NCBI GenBank assembly: GCA_963669175.1
Contig: OY769902.1
Coordinates: forward strand, 2,656,001-2,720,000
Reading direction: 5' to 3'
DNA length: 64,000 nucleotides
DNA from: a bacterium
GTDB taxonomy: Bacteria > Electryoneota > Electryoneia > Electryoneales > Electryoneaceae
Both the position numbers and the translations under genes were made by a program. Each line of letters starts with the position of its first letter. Position 1 is the first letter of the stretch. Shown one piece after another: positions 11,230 through 19,361 of the stretch. Under the pieces are notes generated by a model that was not told the origin of the DNA, ran no database searches, and saw only the letters and a program-made list of their open reading frames with translations.

Positions 11230-11958
11230 TCACTCTCTCTGTACAGGGGTAGCGTGAATCTTATTCCATGAAGCCACTGCTTCCCGGAGAAGGGATTCTG
11301 CACTATCTACCTCTTCAAATCCCCGAATCACTACCTGATCACCGCCTTTGTAATGAGCAAACCACGTAGACAGGATATCGGTAACACCAGGGAAATGCAG
11401 TTGCAGGTCCGCCAGTGATGCCACGTCAACCCAGCCATCAACCGGTTGAACCGCAATCAGTTTGTCGTCCGTTTTACCGTTATCTACCATCCGCATGACC
11501 CCGATCAGACGGCAGGCAACCACACTGCCACGGGGGAGACGGTTTCCCAGCTGAACGATATCCAACGGGTCACCATCGCCGCCAAGCGTTTCAGAAAGAA
11601 GTGTGCGCGGGATAAAGCCGTAGTTTGCCGGATAGCCCAGATAATTCACCTCACGCAAGCTGTCACCGGCTTCCTCCCATTCGATGGCGCCCGACTGCTT
11701 GTTGACCTCCCACTTCGCAGTTTCACCGGCCGGAATCTCGATAACCATGTGAACCAATCCGTTATCGAGCATTGCCGGATAACCATCAAGAAATGATACG
11801 TCACCTTTGAGGATGGTGGTTTGCGCCTCGTCACCGGAACCGGGGGCTGGTAGGGGGGGATTCGTTTCGCATCCGACCTGGAGGGATATAAAAAGAATAC
11901 CCGCCAGTGAAACTCTCAGGATAAGGGAAGAGTGAAACAAATAGAATCTGGTGACCAC
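11230..11958 (-). CDS. ppa: Family I inorganic pyrophosphatase with predicted lipoprotein signal
   Basis: EIPAG..KWE, YPANYGFIPRT, DGDPLD, DDKLIAV; GTG start with CAGGAG RBS; hydrophobic leader ending LQVGC. Confidence 0.85.
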   Translation of the reverse strand: MVTRFYLFHSSLILRVSLAGILFISLQVGCETNPPLPAPGSGDEAQTTILKGDVSFLDGYPAMLDNGLVHMVIEIPAGETAKWEVNKQSGAIEWEEAGDSLREVNYLGYPANYGFIPRTLLSETLGGDGDPLDIVQLGNRLPRGSVVACRLIGVMRMVDNGKTDDKLIAVQPVDGWVDVASLADLQLHFPGVTDILSTWFAHYKGGDQVVIRGFEEVDSAESLLREAVASWNKIHATPVQRE

Positions 11959-12215
11959 CGTAGACTCCTGACTGAACTGATCGATGCGATTTTCCAAAGA
12001 TAAATAAAGGTTGCCATTATGTCGAATAAGTGAGTTTCCGCGTTTACGAGCTAACAAGATTATATTGATGATAAGGTCAATGATGGGAGGAGATGATAGG
12101 ATTCATGGTAGGATTATTTGTAAAGTGCGAACGACTTTGTATTTGAGAAAGCGCGACGAATCTGCGAGAATATCACAGCGAGTCTTCTGGAAATCACAAC
12201 TAATCTGCGAGTAAG

Positions 12216-12430
12216 CACCTCGAAGAGGTGATACATGAATAGCGCGGGTCGTCAGCCCCGGGAGATAGAACGGTCTCCTTTCAGTTCGTCCCCGAAGGGT
12301 ACGCACATCCGGTTCGTACTGGAATATAAACAGAGCTGTTATGCGATTCCTTCAGGATCGTAACGGGGTGATTCGGTTTTCTCCCGGGGCTGACGGCCCG
12401 CACTATTCAAGTCGTCCACCTTCAATGGAC
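12216..12430. repeat. Inverted pair of REP-like multi-hairpin units
   Basis: TGAATAGCGCGGGTCGTCAGCCCCGGGAGA (12236) versus TCTCCCGGGGCTGACGGCCCGCACTATTCA (12380), flanked by small GAA/TTC-loop hairpins. Confidence 0.75.
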
Positions 12431-12676
12431 TATCGCTGAAAATCAACAGAAAAGAAGATTTGTTTTTTAGATCTTTTGGTGTTTTACGTTTTAGTGAAGG
12501 CTAAACAAGTAAAAAAGGTATCATTTTACCGGAAAGAATCAATTGTCGGGAACGCACGGGGACAAATGTGAGTATTACGATTAAGAAAGGGTAAATTTGT
12601 TTATTTAGTGTTTTCTTGTTGTAGTTTATAGAAGTAACGATCCACGTGAGGGGGTGGAAAAGAGAAGGAGGCCAGC

Positions 12677-13195
12677 ATGAACGGGACACCTTACCACTAC
12701 CTCAGTGAAGACTTGCGACGGCAGCTTGAGACGATGACGGCCGCCTTCAATCGCAGCGGCCTCACACCAGCAAGTTTCCTGAGTGAACTGAAAGAGGTTT
12801 TGCATGTGGACAACGCAAAGCCTGAAACCCTGTACGTCCGTATCGAAGGGCTGCACCTGGTTTCCGGTCTGCTGTTCGATTTGACCCTGAACCTGGGCAC
12901 ATTCCGTTTCGGGGACGGCTGGAACCGGAACAAAGTTGTTGAGATGGCGCGCATTCGTCCGCTCAGCACCTACCACTGGCTTACCGGATCACGAGAATCC
13001 TCGGATTACGTGACAACGCGACGGGATTATATGAACGATCCGGGTACGGCGCTGGTGAAACTGAAAGATGACATATTACTCCTTGGAAGACTGTTGCGCA
13101 TGCTGCAGGAGGGCATGCCACAACGCCCCCCTTCACAACCACGCAACGGCCCTCACAAGATTTCCCTTGAAGGGTGGGGCTGGGACGCACGTTAG
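12677..13195 (+). CDS. Hypothetical protein
   Basis: AGGAGG RBS, 172 aa, AT-rich promoter region upstream, terminator downstream. Confidence 0.75.
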   Translation: MNGTPYHYLSEDLRRQLETMTAAFNRSGLTPASFLSELKEVLHVDNAKPETLYVRIEGLHLVSGLLFDLTLNLGTFRFGDGWNRNKVVEMARIRPLSTYHWLTGSRESSDYVTTRRDYMNDPGTALVKLKDDILLLGRLLRMLQEGMPQRPPSQPRNGPHKISLEGWGWDAR

Positions 13196-13221
13196 CATAA
13201 CGTGAAAGGAACTGGATTGAT

Positions 13222-13250
13222 AATCGGGATGGTTCGCCATCCCGATTGTT
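13222..13250 (+). terminator. Terminator hairpin
   Basis: AATCGGGATGG-TTCG-CCATCCCGATT. Confidence 0.7.
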
Positions 13251-13415
13251 ATTTCAAATCTGAAGTATGTTAATGAGCAATATGTTGCCGTTTATTACCG
13301 ATAAACGATGATAACAGGTAACATATTACTCGTTATGCTACTGAAAAACTTAGAATTCAGCCGGTTAGAAATGTCCCTATCCTGTAAATTGAATTCTGGC
13401 TGCGCTATTGGAGAG

Positions 13416-13448
13416 AAAAACCCGGACAACAAAACGCTGTCCGGGTTG
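13416..13448 (-). terminator. Terminator after the ammonia-lyase gene
   Basis: AACCCGGACA...TGTCCGGGTT followed by a T run on the minus strand. Confidence 0.65.
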
Positions 13449-13473
13449 GAATGTCTATCTGCGATCAGGAGGA

Positions 13474-15003
13474 TCAGTAGGTCGCCAGCTCGCCGATCTC
13501 GGCTTCCACGGCTTCCAGCACCTTACGCGCCTTGACCGCGTCCATCATGTTGTTGTGGTCCTTGAAGAGCGGACGGTCTACATCAAGATGTTCGACCACT
13601 TCACGTACTGCTGCCTTGGCAGCCTGGGTTCCCTTGCCCGGCATGAATTCACGGAAATCCAGTCCCTGTGCGGCGGCGATGAACTCGATTGCCAGTACGC
13701 CATACGCGTTGTCAAGGATCTGGTTGGTTTTCAGGGCGGTGTTCATACCCATGCTGACGAAGTCTTCCTGGTCCGCAGCGGCCGGGATGGACTGCACACA
13801 GGCCGGGTTGGACAGGATACGCTGTTCCACGATCAGCATGTCAGCCGTGTACTGGCTCAACATGTGGCCGCTGAACATGCCCGCGCCCTTGGTCAGGAAG
13901 GCTGGCAAGCCGACTGACAACGCCGGGTTGAGCAGGCGGTTCAGACGACGTTCGCTCAAAACACTCACCATTGCCACACTCGCGCCGACCATATCCAGTG
14001 GCAGGCTGATCGGAGTGCCCTGGAAATTCGCTCCGGACAGCACCACATCATCTTCCGGGACGAAGATCGGGTTGTCAGCAACACCGTTCAGCTCGGTTTC
14101 GAACTGTTCACGTGCCCATTTCAGGTGATCACGCGCCGCACCAATAACCTGCGGGGTGGAACGCATGGAATAGGCGTCCTGCACCTTGACCTTCATCTTG
14201 CCTGTAGCCAGGTCGGAGCCATCGATGATCTTGCGGATGTTGGTTGCGGATGTAACTGCTCCACTGAAGCCACGGAGTGAATGCAAACGGCCGTCGTAAG
14301 GCTTCATGTTGGCCAGCAGGGCTTCGAGACTCATCGCGGCTGCGATTTCCGCCTGTTTGAACCAGCGTTCGATGTCGAAAATCGCCAGGGATCCCATGCC
14401 GGAGATCAGGTTGGAACCGTTGATCGCGGCGAGGCCGTCACGCACTTCCAGCCCCGGGATCGGGATGCCGGCCTTTTCCATGGCGGTACGGGTGGCCATA
14501 CGTTCGCCCTGGTAGAAGGATTCACCTTCGCCCATCAGGGAAAGCGCGACCTGGCTCATCGGGGCGAGGTCGCCACACGCGCCTACGCTGCCCTTCTGGC
14601 ATACGACCGGGGTGACGCCCTTGTTCAACATGTCCACGTAGGTCATGGTGATTTCGGGACGGCAGCCGGAGTTGCCATGAGCGTGCATGTTGATGCGGCT
14701 CAACATCGCCGCGCGAACCTGCTCGACCGGGACCGGATCGCCGATGCCTGCCGCGTGGTTGTAAATCAAGTACTTCTGGAATTCACGAGTCTGCTCGTCA
14801 TCCAGCACGATTTCGCTGAATTCGCCGATACCGGTGTTGACGCCGTACATGATTTCACGCGCCGCCACTTTCCGTTCCAGGAATGCCCGGCAAGCCTTAA
14901 TCCGTTCTATAGCGTCCGGATGCAACTCGATTTTCTCGCCCAACCGCGCTACCGCGACCAGGTTTTCAATGGTCAGTCCCTGACCAGTGATGACAATAGC
15001 CAT
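13474..15003 (-). CDS. hutH: Histidine ammonia-lyase-like MIO enzyme with Ala-Cys-Gly triad
   Basis: YGVNTG.G, GSVGACGDLAP, INGS, QDAYSMR..PQV.GA, DNP, QEDFVSMG. Confidence 0.85.
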   Translation of the reverse strand: MAIVITGQGLTIENLVAVARLGEKIELHPDAIERIKACRAFLERKVAAREIMYGVNTGIGEFSEIVLDDEQTREFQKYLIYNHAAGIGDPVPVEQVRAAMLSRINMHAHGNSGCRPEITMTYVDMLNKGVTPVVCQKGSVGACGDLAPMSQVALSLMGEGESFYQGERMATRTAMEKAGIPIPGLEVRDGLAAINGSNLISGMGSLAIFDIERWFKQAEIAAAMSLEALLANMKPYDGRLHSLRGFSGAVTSATNIRKIIDGSDLATGKMKVKVQDAYSMRSTPQVIGAARDHLKWAREQFETELNGVADNPIFVPEDDVVLSGANFQGTPISLPLDMVGASVAMVSVLSERRLNRLLNPALSVGLPAFLTKGAGMFSGHMLSQYTADMLIVEQRILSNPACVQSIPAAADQEDFVSMGMNTALKTNQILDNAYGVLAIEFIAAAQGLDFREFMPGKGTQAAKAAVREVVEHLDVDRPLFKDHNNMMDAVKARKVLEAVEAEIGELATY

Positions 15004-15226
15004 GCTATACCTCAAAACTACCAGTTAACGTGCTGACTTTCCGGAGGAAAGCACATTCTCCGTACTTCGTGAAGGTGGAAGATGCAACATTGGGGAAGCC
15101 GTTCCAAGGCTGGGGCTCTGGGAGGAAGCTGGAAGAAAGATATTCGAAGATCGATGTTGTGAAAACTCTTTCTGTTTATGGCTGATGAGCACCTGCATTG
15201 GTCATGTATTTGGTCATTCATGATGT

Positions 15227-15330
15227 ATGCAACCCGCTTCGGGGTTGAAATTAGTTGAAATTTGACATAGGGTAAATGCCAAAAAGACGGCATTTACCCT
15301 ATGCTAAAATAGGGAATCCCATCCGGGATT
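15227..15330. repeat. Three-hairpin REP/IS-end-like element; inverted copy of 15981-16083
   Basis: CAACCC..GGGTTG, CATAGGGTAAATGCC-AAAAAGAC-GGCATTTACCCTATG, AATCCC..GGGATT. Confidence 0.85.
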
Positions 15331-15430
15331 CTTAACAAGAATAGTTACCTCAAAGTGTATTCTTCAGGATTGTCAGAATGTCTGCAATTATCTACATGGT
15401 ATTGATATCATCAAAGAGACGAGATTGTTA

Positions 15431-15716
15431 TTGGGATGAGATTGTCATTGGGACGAGGTTGTCATTGGGACGAGGTTGTCGTTGGGACGAGGTTGTCGTT
15501 GGGACGAGGTTGTCATTGGGACGAGGTTGTCGTTGGGACGAGGTTGTCGTTGGGACGAGGTTGTCGTTGGGACGAGGTTGTCGTTGGGACGAGGTTGTCG
15601 TTGGGACGAGGTTGTCGTTGGGACGAGGTTGTCGTTGGGACGAGGTTGTCATTGGGACGAGGTTGTCGTTGGGACGAGGTTGTCGTTGGGTCGAGATTGT
15701 CATTGGGACGAGATTG
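15431..15716 (+). repeat. Tandem array, 17 copies of 17-bp TTGGGACGAGGTTGTCR
   Basis: Unit starts every 17 bp from 15431 to 15703; degenerate copies at the edges and at 15741-15772. Confidence 0.97.
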
Positions 15717-15792
15717 CAAATATATTTGCAAGCACCATCGTTTGGATGAGATTATCATTGGGATAAGATTGTAAGAATTTTGTAAACACTAA

Positions 15793-15962
15793 CCTTGAGA
15801 CGCGATTATCTTTGAGACGCGATTATCTTTGAGACGCGATTATCCTTGAGATGCGATTATCCTTGAGATGCGATTATCTTTGAGACGCGATTATCCTTGA
15901 GATGCGATTATCCTTGAGATGCGATTATCTTTGAGACGCGATTATCCTTGAGATGCGATTAT
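15793..15962 (+). repeat. Tandem array, 10 copies of 17-bp CYTTGAGAYGCGATTAT
   Basis: Read directly; two variants (CTTTGAGAC and CCTTGAGAT) are interspersed. Confidence 0.97.
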
Positions 15963-15980
15963 CAAATATTGTGGTTGTAC

Positions 15981-16083
15981 AACTCCGAAGGAGTTGCCTA
16001 TTTTAGCATAGTGTAAGCGCTGTCTTTTTAGCGCTTACACTATGTAAGATATCGACAATCTTTCAACCCTGGAAGGGTTGCAT
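15981..16083. repeat. Three-hairpin element directly upstream of tnpA
   Basis: AACTCCGAAGGAGTT, CATAGTGTAAGCGCT-GTCTTTTT-AGCGCTTACACTATG, CAACCCTGGAAGGGTTG. Confidence 0.85.
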
Positions 16084-16105
16084 AAAAACGAAATGTGGAG
16101 GAACC

Positions 16106-16561
16106 ATGCCGCAATCATTTGTTGCAAACTATATCCATCTTGTCTTTTCCACAAAAAATCGAATTTCCGCATTGAAAGGAACTGTTATTCAAAATGAATT
16201 ATTCCCCTATATCAATCAAGTTATCAAAAAAAATCATTCTACTTGTTTTATTATTAACGGAACAGAAAACCATATTCACCTCTTTATCTCATTGTCACCC
16301 AGGGTTGCACTTTCTGATCTGGTCCGGAATATTAAAAGAGCCTCATCAATCTGGTTGAAGGAAAAGGATGCTCAATTCAAGGAATTCCATTGGCAGGAAG
16401 GATATGCCGCCTATTCTGTAAGTCACAGCCTTATGACACAAGTAAGTTCGTACATAGAAAACCAGGAAAAACATCACAAGATGAAATCCTTCGAGGAAGA
16501 GTTTGTTGAATTCCTAAAAATGCAGAGGATGCACTATGATGAAAAATACCTGTTTGGATGA
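16106..16561 (+). mobile_element. tnpA: IS200/IS605-family Y1 HUH transposase (solo, no tnpB)
   Basis: HLVFSTKNR, NHIHL (HUH), WQEGY, YIENQ catalytic Tyr; AT-rich; GGAGG RBS. Confidence 0.92.
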
Positions 16562-16671
16562 TAACTTCCCCAACTCGCATCAAATTCTGTCTTGAGCTTC
16601 CCCATTGAGCGGAGCCGTTCAAAGCCGTATACTCCCTCCAAAGCAAACCATAACCAAAGCAGGGTAGTAGC

Positions 16672-17217
16672 ATGGCGATCAAGTTTCCATCGCAGGAACA
16701 GACAGACCAGGCGCAGAGCCGTCTTGAAGCGCTGGCACGGATAGACCGATATATCGAGATGATCGAAGCCGGGCAAGGTACCGCAGAACTGTTGTACAAC
16801 CTGGGTGTGGCTTACCTGGAAGTGGGTGAGTGGGACGAAGCACAGCGGGCGTTCGAAGAATCAGTCCGTCATGACCCGCGTCTGCTCCAGGGCTATGTCA
16901 ACCTGGGCGCGGTGCATTTCCAGCAGGGACGTCTGGATGAGGCCGTCACCAACATGCGTAAGGCGCTGGAGCTTCAGGACGATTTCCTGCCGGCACGTTC
17001 CAACCTGGGCATCACCCTGATGAAGATGGGACGTCACCAGGAAGCGATCAAGGAACTGGAAATCGTACATGAAGCCGAACCGAAATACCCAGCTGCATTG
17101 GGCGCGTTGGCCATGTGTTACAAAGCCGTAGGCGATGAAGACAAGGCAGAAGCGTTGCGCAAGAAAGCGGAAGAAATGGGTGTCCGCTTCAGCACGCCAG
17201 ATGAAGAACAGAAGTAA
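16672..17217 (+). CDS. Tetratricopeptide repeat protein
   Basis: Repeated YNLG/VNLG/SNLG...A...A...P helix pairs. Confidence 0.9.
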   Translation: MAIKFPSQEQTDQAQSRLEALARIDRYIEMIEAGQGTAELLYNLGVAYLEVGEWDEAQRAFEESVRHDPRLLQGYVNLGAVHFQQGRLDEAVTNMRKALELQDDFLPARSNLGITLMKMGRHQEAIKELEIVHEAEPKYPAALGALAMCYKAVGDEDKAEALRKKAEEMGVRFSTPDEEQK

Positions 17218-17240
17218 TTCGTACTTGCAGAAATGATTGA

Positions 17241-17517
17241 ATTTACAGGATGAACAGGATAAATAGGATATCAAGGATAACTGATAATTATGATGAATTA
17301 AAACGAATGGGTAAAGGATGGAAGGCGACTTCGTTTCTGTTGAATAACTGAAGTTGATTATCTGACCAGGAAAGAGAAAACCTCGAACCGGCTCTGAGAT
17401 CAGGGCTGGTTTTTTTTAAATAAACCAGTTTTCAGTTTTATATCCTTTTCATCCTTTCAATCCTTTGCATCCTGTAAATTCTTGCAGATCCTGTAAATTC
17501 TTGCAGATCCTGTGAAT
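17241..17517. repeat. Inverted AGGAT / ATCCT ~9-bp-period arms
   Basis: ATTTACAGGATGAACAGGAT... at left; ATCCTTT/ATCCTGTAAATTCTTGCAG units at right. Confidence 0.75.
17386..17417 (+). terminator. Intrinsic terminator after the TPR gene
   Basis: AACCGGCTCTGA..TCAGGGCTGG followed by a T9 run. Confidence 0.75.
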
Positions 17518-17570
17518 ACTGGCGAATGGCAGGAGAGGGGGTTGAGATTTTTCGAGTTAACCTCTCTTAA

Positions 17571-17588
17571 TCGTGAAAAGCTTCACGA
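17571..17588. promoter_or_regulatory. Rex-type operator upstream of dsrT
   Basis: Palindrome TCGTGAA-AAGC-TTCACGA, matching the TTGTGAA-N4-TTCACAA Rex consensus. Confidence 0.7.
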
Positions 17589-17721
17589 GATTTTGTATCT
17601 TTCCTGATCCCGATAAGGGGAAAGGCGGCACTGCTCACAAGCGTGTGAGCGACCTTCCTGCAATCCGCAGGCGTCAAAGAACACAAACCGTTTGAACCAC
17701 GCCGGTAAGGGGGGCGAACCG

Positions 17722-18246
17722 ATGAGGATCTGGCAACGGTTGAAGGAGAGAGAGCAAGCTCTGCTCGACCGGTGGCGCACTCTCATCACCGAATCCTACC
17801 CGAAAGAAACCAGTCTGTTCCTGCAAAAGAAGAAAAACCAGTTTGCGAACCCGGTTGGGCATAACATCCGGAAGGTAACGCAAGACCTGGTTTCCATCTT
17901 TTTGTCTGAAGAAGAAATCGGCGCTCCGCCTGATTCGTTGCTCAACTTTGTGAAAATTCGTGCAGTCCAGGAATTCTCTGCTGCACAGGCGGTTGGCTTC
18001 GTGTTTTTCCTGAAGCAGGCTGTACGTGAACTACTGGAAAAAGAAAAAGATATACAGGTGTCCACCAAGGACTGGTTCGATGTGGATCACCGTATCGATT
18101 ATCTCGCGCTTGTGACTTTTGACGCATACGTAGTTGCACGGGAGAAGCTGTTCAACATCCGGATCAGGGAGTTGAAGACGGGGGCTTATCATGTCATGAA
18201 CGGCACCTCGCCATTTGATCAGGATGACAAACTATCTTCGTCATAG
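17722..18246 (+). CDS. dsrT: DsrT (RsbRD N-terminal domain protein)
   Basis: NQFANPVG, KIRAVQEFS..QAVGF, REKLF.IR; directly upstream of dsrM. Confidence 0.85.
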   Translation: MRIWQRLKEREQALLDRWRTLITESYPKETSLFLQKKKNQFANPVGHNIRKVTQDLVSIFLSEEEIGAPPDSLLNFVKIRAVQEFSAAQAVGFVFFLKQAVRELLEKEKDIQVSTKDWFDVDHRIDYLALVTFDAYVVAREKLFNIRIRELKTGAYHVMNGTSPFDQDDKLSSS

Positions 18247-18318
18247 AAAAACAAGAAACGATACAGTAACTAACTCCCGTTTCGACGGGACACCGCAACA
18301 GGAAAGGAGGAAGACCGT

Positions 18319-19359
18319 ATGAGATTTTGGTTTTCCCTCTTCGTGATGCTGATTTTGATCGCCATCCCGTGGTTTGTATCGGGAACGGCTACGGTGTTTT
18401 TCGCTGTAGTCATGCCGTACATCGCGCTGGTGGTTTTTCTGGTTGGCATTGCGCTCAAGCTGCTGAAGTGGTCACGGTCAGCTGTACCGTTCCGCATCCC
18501 CACGACGTCGGGACAGCAGAAATCGCTGAGTTTCATCAAGAACGACAAGCTGGAAAGTCCGCCAAACGCTTTCTGGACAACGATGCGGATGGCTGCTGAA
18601 ATCCTGTTCTTCCGTTCCCTGTTCAGGAACACGGCAACGGATATCAAGGAAGATCGGAATGGTGAAGAACGTGTGGTCTACGGTTCCAGCAAGTACCTGT
18701 GGGCCGCAGGCATGGCGTTTCACTACACCTTCCTGATCATCGTGCTGCGTCACTTTGACTATTTCAGCGATCCGACGCCGTTCTTTGTTCCCTGGATCAA
18801 CGCATTTGACGGCTGGGTACAAATTGGTCTGCCGGTGCTGTACATGACAGACGCGCTTTTCCTGGCTGCGGTTGGTTATCTGTTTGTTCGCCGTGTCTGG
18901 GATCCCAAGATCCGTTATATCACCATGGCGCAGGACTGGTTCCCGCTGTTGCTGATCCTGTCGATCGGTACAACCGGTGTGTTGATGCGGTACTTCATGA
19001 AAACTGACATTGTCAGTGTGAAGGAATACGCAGTGAGCCTGTTCGGCGCACAACCCACTGTTCCGGCTGAGCTTGGTACGATATTCTGGATTCACCTGTT
19101 CCTGGTTTGCTGCCTGTTGATTTATTTTCCGTTCAGCAAGCTGATGCACATGGCGGGCGTATTTCTCAGCCCGACACGTAACCTGGCGAACAACAACCGG
19201 ATGAAGCAGCATGTCAACCCGTGGAATTACGATGTCAAGGTTCACACTTACGCGGAATATGAAGAGGAATTCCACACGGTGATGAAGGCTGCCGGGTTGC
19301 CATTGGAGAAAGAATACGCAGATCCGAAACCTGCTGCCAAAGAAGCTGAGAAGGAGTGA
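18319..19359 (+). CDS. dsrM: DsrM membrane cytochrome b
   Basis: VPFRIPTTSGQQKSL, FRSLFRNT, FPFSKLMH, PTRNLANNNR. Confidence 0.95.
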   Translation: MRFWFSLFVMLILIAIPWFVSGTATVFFAVVMPYIALVVFLVGIALKLLKWSRSAVPFRIPTTSGQQKSLSFIKNDKLESPPNAFWTTMRMAAEILFFRSLFRNTATDIKEDRNGEERVVYGSSKYLWAAGMAFHYTFLIIVLRHFDYFSDPTPFFVPWINAFDGWVQIGLPVLYMTDALFLAAVGYLFVRRVWDPKIRYITMAQDWFPLLLILSIGTTGVLMRYFMKTDIVSVKEYAVSLFGAQPTVPAELGTIFWIHLFLVCCLLIYFPFSKLMHMAGVFLSPTRNLANNNRMKQHVNPWNYDVKVHTYAEYEEEFHTVMKAAGLPLEKEYADPKPAAKEAEKE

Positions 19360-19361
19360 GC

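Noticed and set aside
15378-15774. Repetitive ORFs (RLSLGRGCRWDEVVVGT...) on both strands
   Set aside because: They are a by-product of a stop-free 17-bp unit read in several frames.
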